Shown here: positions 48,751-64,000 of the stretch, one piece after another | How positions within the stretch are numbered: position 1 is the first letter of the stretch | Layout of the letters: every line of letters starts with the position of its first letter | DNA from: the human T2T-CHM13v2.0 reference genome, Homo sapiens | Reading direction: 5' to 3' (one strand) | Length of the DNA: 64,000 bases | Assembly: GCF_009914755.1 (NCBI RefSeq) | Contig: NC_060941.1 | Program-made: the position numbers and the translations under genes | The notes under the pieces: generated by a model | Database searches by the model: none | Seen by the model: the letters and a program-made list of their open reading frames with translations, nothing else | What the model was told of the DNA's origin: nothing

Positions 48751-50049
48751 CCAACCCCGCACTTGTGTCCAGCACCAGCACTTTCTGGGCTCTCGCCCAT
48801 TCCTTGGGGATTTGCTTCTTTTGACTTGCTCCAGAATGTTCGTCGGGCTCATCATTTTCTCTGCTCCCTGAGTCACCGCTGCTTAGTCTGACCCTGAAGA
48901 TCCCACCAGGAGCGTGGGAGCCCCTGCCTGGACACTCCCCCGGCCCATGGAGAAGGTGGCAGCTCTCCCACATCCGCTGGGCCCCACCGACGCGGGGCAC
49001 CTGCAAGGAGGGGTGCAGCCCCCAGTTCATGATCTCAGGGTCTCCTGGCCCAAGCCAGGCGTCAGCACGCAGCCCAGGCAGGTCACCTGCAACACGGCAA
49101 AAGGCCCTTTCCCTCCCTGCATGCCTCTCGGCCCCACCTTCCCTCCCTCCCCACTAGGCATGGGCTCAGGTGTGGGTGTGACTCCTGGGCCAGGCAGCCG
49201 TGGGTCTTCACCCACCATGGCTGCAGCTGACCAGGCTGGGACTGGAAGGCGGAGAAGGAGGGCTGCCCTCTCCACCCAACGGCCCTCCAGCCCTAGGAGG
49301 AAGCTGGCTGCGTGGTCAGGGAAGAGATGAGGGACAGAGAGTGGGGAGGGCTTCCTCCACTGGTGACTGCATTGGTCAGTTCCTGCACCCAGAAGGCCTA
49401 GGGCCACCTCTGTGGAGTGGAGCCACCAGCACGACCCCCAGAGGCTGGTGGACACCTGGGTGGAGGGACCAGCTGGATGATGATGTCATGTCCACGTCAT
49501 TGGTGCCTCACAAGAACCACCTTTTCTCACCGGCTGCCTCTCCATTCGTGTGTCATTTGAAGGCCACCCCAAATGTCACCTCCTCAATGGAACCTTCCCG
49601 GATCCCCACAGCCTTCCCATCCCATGTTCCAGGCCGGCTGTGGGCAGCTTGGCCCAATGCTGCCTGCTGAGGGATCCCGGGTGAGTGTCCCCAGCAGGAA
49701 GGGCCCTCGTGAGACAGGGGCGGCGGGAGAGGAGTAGAATCTGTGTCCTTGTTCCTGGGTCTGGCCCATGTGAGGTCTTGCCGTGGCGGGTGGGCCTTTT
49801 CACACTGGTGCTGGCGGCAGCTGTGGCCATCACCAAGGGTTTCCTGCGGTCCCTGCAACCTCCCGACTCTAAACACTCGCCATGTCCCCGAGATCCAGGG
49901 ATGGGACTCCCCGGCCTTCATTCCTCCAACTCTTAATGATTTTTGAAGCACTTGATCCTTTGTATTAAATACCTCCCTCCTTGAAATGCCCAGAGGGGTT
50001 CCTGCTTTCCAGGGCAAACCTCAGGTGATGACCTCATTGCTAAGTTAAG

Positions 50050-50700
<651 letters not shown>

Positions 50701-51235
50701 ACCGGGGCGGGCCGGCAATTTCCGACAGCAGGGGAAGGATGACATCTTTAAAATCACACACAAGGGCCCTGCAGTCTCAGTTGAAGTCAGAGGGAGAAAA
50801 TCAGAAAACAAGGAGGAACAGTGAAGAAAATCTTCTGGTAGCAAGACCACGGCATCCGAAAATGATTTCCCAAGTTTTACCCTACGGCTCGGAGGATTAC
50901 AACGGAAATTAAATTCTCAGCCTCCCCAGGTAACCTGTGTGAACCTTAGAGCAGAGCGGGGGGAAGTGGGGATGGAAGGACCTGAGGGGTAACCCTGACC
51001 CCCTGCCCAGGGAGTCCCACTCAGCCTTGCTTGCCGGCAGAAGCCACCCTCCTCCCTATCTGAGGCAGCTCCCACACTGGGAGACCTCACCTGAAGCATC
51101 TGCCTGGGGCAGGAGGCTGATTCCCCTCGAGACCCAGGCCCGTCACCCCTGGTTGCCTCTAACCCCATAGCTGGAGTGAGATCCCAGCTGACTCCAGGGA
51201 GAAGAATAAAAACCTGCCACACCCCAAGATCATCA

Positions 51236-52740
<1,505 letters not shown>

Positions 52741-52904
52741 CCAGATCTGCCATGAAATACCTTAATGGAGAGTGGCGATCCCTCACCAGTTCCCCGGCCT
52801 GACCAGTCCCAGGACTGGGCCCCCAAATAAAGGGGAGAACATGCCTCTCCGTGGAAGGGCAGACACCAACACCTTCAAGTCTCCCTGCTGCCTTCTCTAA
52901 GCAC

Positions 52905-53745
<841 letters not shown>

Positions 53746-54171
53746 ATTAAAGGCTCAGCGGTGTGCCACTGTCACCCCTCAGCTCCAAATCCACCCTTCC
53801 TAGGCCTGTTTGTGCTGGTGGAGCTGGACCCTGTAAACGTTTCTCCTCTTCTGGCCAGCTCAGCCTGAGGCTTTGACGGGAGAGGGAGCTGGAGGTTGCA
53901 GCGAGGCCTGGCAGAGAATGGGGCCTCCCTGTCTGACCCCTTCCTTGCTGCAGCTGCCAGTGGCTCCGTGTGCGGGTGACTCCTCCGTGAGTCTCTGCCA
54001 CCCATGGGCTGCTTCTCGCAGACACCCCCCGTCTGTCGTGCTCCCCAGCAAGATTCTCAAGCACCTGGCAGGAGTTCCTGTTAGAAAAGCTCTGGCCCAG
54101 ATGCACCCCTCAGTGAGTTTCTCGGCCAACTGGCAGGCTCCCCACGGACGGCTAGGCTCTCACCCTGCAGT

Positions 54172-54330
54172 AACTTCCTCCACCACGGGCAGGGACAGCC
54201 TGCAGGGTCCAGCAGAGCCCAGGGCAACTTCCTCCACCGCGGGCAGGGGAAGCCTGCAGGGTCCAGCAGAGCCCAGGGCAACTTCCTCCACTGCGGGCAG
54301 GGGCAGCCTGCAGGGTCCAGCAGAGCCAGG
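54172..54330 (+). repeat. Tandem repeat 54 bp x~3 inside the ERVL LTR
   Basis: aacttcctccac recurs at 54172, 54226 and 54280. Confidence 0.92.
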
Positions 54331-55344
54331 CCCAGCCTTGAGTTGGGATGTTCTTCCAGGTTCTTGGTTTCTCCTCGTGTGCTCCCTGTCTGTCCTAGAA
54401 ACACACGCTGCTTCTGGCACTGCTATTCCTGTATTCCTCAGAGTTCTCTTGTAACCTTTTAATAGTGAAACCTCCTTTTCTAGTTTATAATTCTTTATAT
54501 TAAATGTTCCTGTTCAAATTACTGGTGTGGTTTCTGTCTCCTGCCTGGAACCTAATGGTACAGAGTTAGCACAAGGAGAGGTCCCAGGAGGGCATTTGGG
54601 GACTGTTTGCATCGTCCCTAGGGTGTGAATGCCTGGCTGAGTTTCCTGCCAATGGGAAACGGGGTGCTGGGCCCCACTTTGCAGTGGATTCGCTGTGGCC
54701 TCTGGTTGGGTAAAAGAAAGGGCTGGGTGAGACTGGTGCCGGGGTGCCCAAGCGGCTGCTGCCCTTCAGAGCAGAACAGCAAGGACACCCCAGGACTGTG
54801 GACTGGGGGTTCCTGCTCCACACACTGGGCGTTCACAGCAATCAGATGGCTGGCAGGAGCAGCTCCTCCCAGACCTCGGGTCAGCTGAGAGGCAGAGAAT
54901 GTTCGTGGCAGCCCTCACAGGAGCTGCTGTTTGTGGTCCCTACGGGGCTGACATTGCTGGAAATCAAACACAATGTTCAGTCCCGCGTGTCACCTGATCA
55001 CAGGGTCAGCTGAGCGCACAGCCTTGCCCGTGTCCTCACTTGAGAGGCAGAATGCTGACAGGACAGCACCCCTGACCCAGAGTGGAGGCAGCGCCCGGAA
55101 CCCCGTGGAGCTCACAGTCGGCTCCTGCCAGGGTGCCCCGAGGCTCCCTTGCCAGTGGGAGTGGTGGTGGCTGAGGTTGCTGGTGCTCCTGAGTTTGAAA
55201 ACCCTCAAGAGCCCACCGTTAAGACCCTTGTGAGAGGTTGCCGTCCTCCCCAAGCCAGCACAGCCACCTCCTGTTGCCTACAATTAGCATCAGATCTTAG
55301 GGATCCGGGACAGCGTGACACAGAAGACAACAGCTCATGCTGGG

Positions 55345-55945
<601 letters not shown>

Positions 55946-56865
55946 TACATGCTACAAGAATTCAGAGATATTTCAGATAGATATCGCGGGGAACCTGGGG
56001 AGAACCTGCGGGAGTGGATTCGGGGGGGTTGGACCGGGAACGCCGAATCGGAACGCTAGAGGGGGCTGAAGTCCCTGATCTGGGGGCCTTGATCGCTCTG
56101 CCGGGTCTGCAGCTGCAGCCACAGCTAAGAGCTCCCTCACGCGACGGCTGAAGCTCAGACCCAGAGGCCCGCAGGTCACGAACCCAAGACCCCAGACCCT
56201 CCATGGCCTGCTGTGGAGGAGAGAATCCGAAGGTCCACGGACAGGCAGTCCGTGAGTGTGACCTGCACGCCCACACCCAGCCACGCCCTGCAGGCTCAGA
56301 AGCACCACCTTCCCGGACGTGAGGAACACCCGGGCGAGGGGAGCCCCTGCACCCTGAAAAGTCCTGCTACTGCTCTCCTTCGTAGGCCAAGTGTGACCGC
56401 GGGGAGAGGGGTGCCCCGGCAGAGATGCGCTCCTTGATCTCCATGGGGTGACACATCCCAGAGCAGCAGCAGGACAGGGGGCAACCGCCGCCGTCAAGTC
56501 CCACGCGGGCTGTGTGTGCCAGCGGCGGCAGAAGGAACTGGCGCTCGGGATGCCGTGGCCTGCAGGGTCCTCCGGCGAATCACAGTGCCCAGGGTGAAAC
56601 AAAGGGTTGGCAGACCAGAGTGCTGTTTGTCTTACACAACAGAAACAAAACTCTGGGTCTGGTGGCCAAACCTGACTTGAGTCACCACAGTGGACAGCCA
56701 CGGCCTCTCACCTGTTTCCAGGCTGAGCCAATTCACAGACCTGGAGCCCTTGAGTTGGGGGCCAGGTTCCTTGAGGGAGACCCCTGAAGCATTGCTGCAA
56801 GGAATACAGCAGCAAAGCCACGGGAAGAGTCCCCCAAAGGGACCTGTACCTGTTTACCAAAGTAA

Positions 56866-57149
<284 letters not shown>

Positions 57150-58052
57150 TGAGGCCAGGCTGATGTCGAACTCCTGACCTCAGGTGATCCACACACCTCA
57201 GCCTCCCAAAGTGCTGGTATTACAGGCGTGAGCCACCACACCTGGCCAGATGGAGTCTGCTAGAGTCTCGGGGATTTTATAGGGACAGGATGGGGGCGTG
57301 GCAGGCCAGGGTGGTCTTTGGAAATGCAACATTTGGGCAGGAAAACAAAAATCCCTGTCCTCACCTAGGTTTGTGGGCACAGGCGGTGGGGGGATCCCTA
57401 GCCAAGGATCACGCCTTCCTCTACCCAGCTCTTCCTTCCCCCTTCATGAGGAGCAGGGAGTAGCAAGTCTTTTTTTTTTTTTTTCCTCAACGTCCCCATG
57501 GACACCAAGGAAAAAAGTACTTCAGATGTCTTGGTGAGACAAATCAGAGGGTGGGAGATGAACCCCACAAAAATTCAGGGGCCCCCTCACCTCAGTGAAG
57601 GTTCTGGAGTCCAGAGGTTTGGAACAGGTGATAATTATTCTCCTTTTGATGTTATTTGTTATATTTTTTGTAGAGACGGGGGTCTTGCTATGTTGCCAGG
57701 CTGGTCTTGAACTCCTGGCCTCAAGCCATCCTCAGCTGAGTGCTTTTCTTTGACACTTAGTGAATGCTCAGGAACCACAGTCAGGATACTCAGGCGGGAA
57801 CCGGGGTGGCTTCTCCCTTTTACCCTTTATCCCCATTCATGTGTTTCTTAGCCCCCCAGGGAAGAATGCTTCTGTGGGGGACGCAGCCACGATTCCTTGG
57901 AAGGAGAAGCTGAGCCCAGCCATGCTGGTCTCCTCCTGGCACTGATCTACAGACAGGGAGCAGCGCAGTGGAAGAGGGAAGATCCCAGGGCTGAAAGGCT
58001 GGGTGGAGGGCGCTGCTGGTCGCATTTCAGGGAACATTTTAAAGTGCAAAGC

Positions 58053-58324
58053 GGGCCGGGTGCGGCGGCTCACGCCTGTCATCCCAGCACTTTGGGAGCC
58101 CGAGGTGGGTGGATCAGAAGGTCAGGAGCTCAAGGCCAGCCTGGCCAATATGGTGAAACCCCGTCTCTACTAACAAACATTAGCCGGGTGTGGCAGCAGG
58201 CACCTGTAGTCCCAGCTACTCAGGAGGCTGAAGCAGGAAAATCACTTGAACCCGGGGGGCAGAGTTTGTAGTGAGCCGAGATAGCGCCCCTGCACTCCAC
58301 CCTGGGCGACAGAGCAGGACTCCA

Positions 58325-58356
<32 letters not shown>
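58053..58356 (+). mobile_element. AluS just upstream of the CHMP6 promoter
   Basis: Alu consensus; TSD AAAGTGCAAA. Confidence 0.92.
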
Positions 58357-58358
<2 letters not shown>

Positions 58359-58539
58359 GCAAAACGTTGGATATCACATCATTAATGCGGCATTTTGTGT
58401 TCAGAGCCAGTGGGACAGTGATTCCTGCACAAGATTCCTGAAAGCCTGGGGAGACTGAATTATGTTAATCTAAAAGGATCCCACCTAATTAGGAGATAAG
58501 AAATTTTTGCCTTCACCTGCACAGGAAGGGTGCACGGAA

Positions 58540-59620
58540 ACACGTCATTTAGAACATCCCGGGCCCGAACATCGCGGGCCCTAACATCCAGGTATCCGTG
58601 CCACTTCTCCGTACCGGTCCAAGGAGGCCGCGGTGTTCGCGGCGGTCGCCGAGACCGGCGGGCTGTGGTTTCGAACCCGCGGCAACGGCGCGCGGCCGGA
58701 GGCGGCGCTCGGCCTTCGCGTTCCGCGGCGCCTGGCCCGGCGCGGCCGCCGTAGCGGGAGGACCCGAGCTACGGTGGCCGCGGGGCGGCGGTGGCGATTG
58801 GACTTGGTGGGTCCCGGGCCAGGGGCGGGCGCCGCCATGGGTAACCTGTTCGGCCGCAAGAAGCAGAGCCGCGTCACGGAGCAGGACAAGGCCATCCTGG
58901 TGAGGGCCCGGGCCCGGGGTCAGGGCTGGGGCCGGGACAGGCGACGGGGCCGGGGCGGGCGGCGGGGCCGGAAGAGCCCCGCGCCCTCGGCCCCCCGCGT
59001 TCGGATGGGGAAACTGAGGCGCAGCGCGCAGCCGGGCCCCTCGGTCTCTCCGCCCTGCGTCCCTCCTCGCCCGCGGGGCCTCGGGCCGGGGTCTCCTGCG
59101 CGGCGCCGTGGCTGCCGTCTTCCCCCGGGCCCGCGCGTCCGCCTCTGCGAGCCCCGCCGGGGTGGGCGCGGCTGGTGACTGCGGGATTCGACGCCGGCGT
59201 TCGGGGCTCGGCCACAGCCTGGCGGCCCGTCCGTGGGGTCCGCGCGGCGCTGGGCTTTCCCTGGCTCTGGGCCCGCGGGAGCAGGTCCCGGCTCTCCCGG
59301 AGTGGCTGCCCCCCGCCCCCGTCCCGCGGCTCATTTGCCTCCTGGTGCCCTGGGCCGGAGCCCCGGCGGTGCTGCCGGCTTCGCGAGGCAGCGCGGGGCA
59401 TCCCCTCTCCCTCACCCCATCCAGGCCAGGACTGGAAGGAAGTCTGCCCTGGTCCGAGGAGCGGCCGACAGGTGCGCCGAACGCCTGCCGGGGTCCTGCC
59501 GGGGTCCTGCCGGGCTTCCGCAGCGCCTGGGTACGGGACCACCGTGTTTGGCGCGTTTGTTTGCGGCGACTCCAGACTGACCCCCCGGGGCACAGCCGGG
59601 CCGGTGGTGGTGCCTTTTCC
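58540..59620. promoter_or_regulatory. CHMP6: CHMP6 CpG-island promoter / exon 1 / 5' part of intron 1
   Basis: Very high GC and CpG density around the ATG; GC boxes (GGGGCGGG at ~58822 and ~58952); ACGTCA half-CRE near 58542; no TATA box seen. Confidence 0.9.
58837..58899 (+). CDS. CHMP6: CHMP6 (Vps20, ESCRT-III) exon 1 coding part (MGNLFGRKKQSRVTEQDKAIL)
   Basis: Perfect Kozak GCCGCCATGG; MG N-myristoylation start; GTGAGG donor at 58900. Confidence 0.97.
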
Positions 59621-60774
59621 CATGTGAAAGTTAGCTTCTGTAGGAGGAGGAATCGCCTGGCATGTCAGGGACAGGGCGGGTTAAGAATAGTCCATTTTTG
59701 TAACGAGATAAACGTGTCACGAAAGAGACCCCGAAATGAAAGCAGGGCTAGCTTTTTCGGATGCTTTCTTTTCTAAATTTTGTGCAACAGAAATAGGTTA
59801 ATTTTATACTAAAAGAGAAGCGAATGTAAATGAAAGAGGGAATCTTACGTTGGCATCTGAGTCCATAAGCTGTGAAAAGAAACAACGGGCACATTTGTCC
59901 CTAGAGAAGATGGGCACAGCGCTGGGCACCGTCCCGAGCTGCCTGCAAGACAGCTGGACCCAGCCTCCATCGTCCACCTTCCACCTACCCTGCCAGCCCC
60001 AAGGCACTCCCTCCCCTCTCTTTAAGGACTCAGTTCCGGTTTCTCTTCAAGCACAGCTTTCCACTTGCCAAGGGTCACTGTGGGCTCTCGGCTGTGCAGA
60101 CCCGTGTTGCGGGCTGCCGTAGGTCTCCCTGGGATTTCGGGTGCTTGGGAACAGCATCCTTAGCACACACTAGCACAAATGATTGCTTTTTTTTTTTTCT
60201 GTTTTTTTTAGGATAACAGGTGTTCCCCACGTGGCCTGTGACCCTCCACTGAGACCTTGTTTTACAGGGGGGCAGCCTGGCCACACCTGCCTGCCTTTGG
60301 CCCCTGGGTCTCCCCAGCAGTGGGGCTGGGCAGGGGGCACCTTTCACTGTAGCAACGAGAGGACCCACAGGCCTTGGCACTGCGAGGGGGAGACTCCGTG
60401 GGTGGAGGGAGCCGGGAATGAGCCCTCTCAGGTAGAGGGAGCACTGGCTTCCCATGCGGAGTCTTAAAGAGGCACACAGGCCCTGACTGAGCTAATTCTC
60501 CTCAGCCTCCTGCCTTAAGGCCATAATCCCTGTGCCTGCACGGGCTCAGCATTGTCTGAAGTGATGACGTTTGGAAAACTTAAGGACCTGATAGAGCAGG
60601 ACTGGCTGAAGTTCCTCAGTGGCCGAGTGCCCTCTCTGGGACGGCACACAGATGAGAGGCGGTCAGCGGGGCCGAGTGGGTGTCCCTGCAGCCGGATGGT
60701 TGGCAAAGGGGCAGGGAAGCCACAGGCATCTCATGCGGCTGAAGCGCAAGGAGAGAAGCCGGGGGGATGTCTGA

Positions 60775-61135
<361 letters not shown>

Positions 61136-61502
61136 GAGTCCAAACCTTTGAGGTCCTGGCAGCTGCTCCCTGACCTGAGCCTAGAGTGCTTGTACCGCTG
61201 GCAGGCAGCCTCGAGGGTGGACCCACAGCAATGCCACGGTGGTCTTCCCCATCCCTGTGATGGGCTGTGGAGTCCGGGTGACCCTCTGGTGGGGCCGCCT
61301 CTTGTGTGGCAGGATGTGGAGCTGAGTCCCTGGCTTCCACCCCCAGACGTGTCCAGACAGCACCACCTGTCCCCTGGAAGGCAACCCTGCCCCATGAAGG
61401 ACACTCACGGAGGGCCGCCCGGCCTCCATGCCTGGCGCTCAGTAGCGTGGCCAGGGCTCCCAGTGTGGGCTCGGTGACGCCAGGCCCTCTCTCTCTTGGC
61501 AG

Positions 61503-61612
61503 CAACTGAAGCAGCAGCGGGACAAGCTGAGGCAGTACCAGAAGAGGATCGCCCAGCAGCTGGAGCGCGAGCGCGCCCTGGCCCGGCAGCTGCTGCGGGA
61601 CGGCAGGAAGGA
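61503..61612 (+). CDS. CHMP6: CHMP6 exon 2 (QLKQQRDKLRQYQKRIAQQLERERALARQLLRDGRK)
   Basis: ttggcag acceptor, GTGAGT donor at 61613; 110 nt; Snf7-family coiled coil. Confidence 0.97.
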
Positions 61613-61619
61613 GTGAGTG

Positions 61620-61826
61620 GGGCCCGGGCAGCGTGGGCACCCTGTCGGCTGGGGTGGGGGGCCCGGGCAGCGTGGGCACCCTGTCGGCTGGGGTGGGGGA
61701 CCCGGGCAGCGTGGGCACCCTGTCGGCTGGGGTGGGGGGCCCGGGCAGCGTGGGCACCCTGTCGGCTGGGGTGGGGGGCCCGGGCAGCGTGGGCACCCTG
61801 TCGGCTGGGGTGGGGGGCCCAGGCAG
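61620..61826 (+). repeat. G-rich minisatellite 39 bp x5 in CHMP6 intron 2
   Basis: GGGCCCGGGCAGCGTGGGCACCCTGTCGGCTGGGGTGGG repeated five times plus a partial copy. Confidence 0.97.
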
Positions 61827-61862
61827 GGCCACAGCGGGTCACTCTCGGGCTTCCCTCTGCAG

Positions 61863-61950
61863 ACGGGCCAAGCTGCTGCTCAAGAAGAAGCGATACCAGG
61901 AGCAGCTCCTGGACAGGACGGAGAACCAGATCAGCAGCCTGGAGGCCATG
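61863..61950 (+). CDS. CHMP6: CHMP6 exon 3 (RAKLLLKKKRYQEQLLDRTENQISSLEAM)
   Basis: ctctgcag acceptor, GTAGGC donor at 61951; 88 nt. Confidence 0.97.
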
Positions 61951-62515
61951 GTAGGCGGCCGGGTGCTTCGCCCTGGAGTGCAGGTGCAGCTGGAGGCAGC
62001 TCCGCCCGGCTGCGTGGACATCAGAAATTTCTCCCGAGAGCTGAAAGCTCCTCTCAGATGCCTCGGGCTGAAGCTGACCTGAAGAGGGGCGGGCCTGGAA
62101 TCCCGGGGAGTCTGCCAGGAAGCTAATGGTCTTAAGAGGCTGGGGGGCAGGTTGGCTCTCGCAGGACTGAGGTGGGGAAGGTTGGGCCACCCCTGGGTGG
62201 TGTGGGTAGGTCAGGGGTCTGCATGGGGACTGAGTGTCCCTGGTGTTAGGGACCCGAGCGGCGTGGTTCTGCTCTTTGGTAACCAGAGCTACTAACAAGC
62301 AACCAGCGGTCCCCTGAGTGTGTCCCTGGCACCTGCTCAGTCCTGCGCATCCCCACCTGGCAGTGGGAGAGGACAGGGAGGAGCAGGTGTCAGGAGTCAC
62401 CCTCACGCCCAGCAGCACCCGCCCAGCAACGGTGTCATCCTGAACCCTGCCCCAGGGCCGGGAGGAGGGCACCCCGGATCCTCAGCACCTGCGTCTGCTC
62501 TGGTTTCCTTTTCAG

Positions 62516-62602
62516 GTTCAGAGTATTGAGTTCACCCAGATCGAAATGAAAGTGATGGAGGGGCTGCAGTTTGGAAATGAGTGTCTGAACAAGATGCACC
62601 AG
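62516..62602 (+). CDS. CHMP6: CHMP6 exon 4 (VQSIEFTQIEMKVMEGLQFGNECLNKMHQ)
   Basis: ttttcag acceptor, GTGAGT donor at 62603; 87 nt. Confidence 0.97.
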
Positions 62603-62886
62603 GTGAGTCTCTGCAGGGCCAGGGGCATGGAGGCGTGGGGAGCCCATTGGGCTGGAGCTGGGGATAGGGCGGGGGGCTTGTCCCACGGTGTTCGTGTCAG
62701 ACACAGGGCAAGAGGCTGGCAGGGGAGATGTGTTGGGTGCTGCCAGGCAGGCAGGGATGCAGTGACCGGGTGCAGCACAGGCTGGGAACTGTGGGAACTG
62801 GGTCCCCAGGCGCCGAAGTGACATAGAGGGGAAGTCTGAGGGTGGGGAGGGGGCTGGCAAACTAATCACAGAAGGCTTCCTGGAGG

Positions 62887-63178
62887 TGGCGGGTGTGGTG
62901 GCTCACACCTGTAATCACTTTTGGAGGCCAAGGCAGGCAGATCACCTGAGGTCAGGAGTTCGAGACCAGCCTGGCCAACATGGTGAAACCCTGTCTCTAC
63001 TAATAATACAAAAATGAGCCAGGCGTGGTGGCAGGCACCTGTAAACCCAGCTACTCAAGAGGCTGAGGCAGGAGAATCTCTTGAACCGGGAGGCAGAGGT
63101 TGCAGTGAGATGAGATTGCGCCACTGCACTCCAGCCTGGATGATAAGAGCAAAACTCCGTCTCAGGAAAAAAAAAAAA
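62887..63178 (+). mobile_element. AluS in CHMP6 intron 4
   Basis: Alu consensus; 17-bp TSD AGAAGGCTTCCTGGAGG. Confidence 0.93.
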
Positions 63179-63850
63179 GAAGGCTTCCTGGAGGAGGTGA
63201 ATACCGGCCTCATCTCAGGCCGGGCATGGATGTGAAGCCCAGCGTGGCCATACCACGTTCCCCCACCAACCCCATCACACTCCTGACATGGGGGCCAGTA
63301 GGTGGGGCTAGTTGGAGAGCCAGGGACTCACCTGGCGGGAGGTCTGGCTGTGCTACTTTTCCAAGTGTTTGGTGAGTACTGGTGGTGTGTGCCGGTCAAG
63401 CACAAGTGGCCCTTTGACCTTTTGCCACTCAAAAGAAATCAAGTCACCTGCCCAGAATGTTCTACCTGTTGCTTGTTTTTACTGGCGGCTGTGAGAGCTG
63501 ACTCAGGGTGAGAGGGGGCATCGGGCGCCAGGGCAGTGCAGTCGTGGCCTCTGAAAAGACTCATCAAACGGCCCCTGTGGCCTCAGGACAGGCCCATGCC
63601 TGGGACACACATGTCCTGGCCTCATTTAAACAGGGACAGGAGCTGGGTGTGGTGGCATGCACCTGTAGTCCCAGCTACTTGGACGGATCGCTTGAGCCCA
63701 GCCTGGGCAACACAGCCAGACCTTGTCTTTAAAAATAAATAAAAATAAACAGAGGGGTGAGGCCATGGCCCTGAGAGCCCAGGAGGCCTCTGTCGGGGGT
63801 CTACCATTGGCCTCGCGACAGGCGTCAACACCCATCACCCTCGTCCACAG

Positions 63851-63916
63851 GTGATGTCCATTGAAGAGGTGGAGAGGATCCTGGACGAGACGCAGGAGGC
63901 CGTGGAGTACCAGCGG
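63851..63916 (+). CDS. CHMP6: CHMP6 exon 5 (VMSIEEVERILDETQEAVEYQR); gene continues beyond the window
   Basis: ccacag acceptor, GTAGGT donor at 63917; 66 nt. Confidence 0.97.
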
Positions 63917-64000
63917 GTAGGTGGCACCCTGACCGGCCTGCCCCCAACTGTGGGAACCCACAAGGCCACCCTCGAGGGCCAAACTGTCCCACATCCTAGA

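Noticed and set aside
58640-58730. tRNA gene
   Set aside because: B-box present but no cloverleaf, short box spacing and no nearby oligo-T terminator
58530-59776. Multiple long overlapping ORFs at the CHMP6 promoter
   Set aside because: Stop-codon scarcity in a CpG island; only 58837-58899 is supported as coding

Overview
Human-type (primate) GC-rich genomic DNA recognisable from the encoded peptides as the RPTOR-CHMP6 interval (distal 17q). It holds the last ten exons of RPTOR (WD40 region; numbered 25-34 from the known gene structure; 7198-31264, + strand) and a ~2 kb 3'UTR that appears to end at a non-canonical AGTAAA signal. A ~25 kb intergenic stretch follows, with a near full-length RPL12 processed pseudogene inside an old L1, a (GAAT/GAGT)n tract next to an orphan CpG island, and a decayed ERVL provirus. 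The window ends with the CHMP6 CpG-island promoter and exons 1-5 (+ strand). It is rich in Alus, old LINE/LTR/DNA elements and about nine minisatellites. The least explained signal is a set of non-repeat, codon-patterned, protein-like reading frames on the minus strand inside RPTOR introns 24-27 (about 3.7-15.6 kb). These may be remnants of a nested antisense gene, but that is inference and needs cross-species testing. Repeat subfamily names are from memory of consensus sequences, and repeat boundaries are approximate unless a TSD is given.
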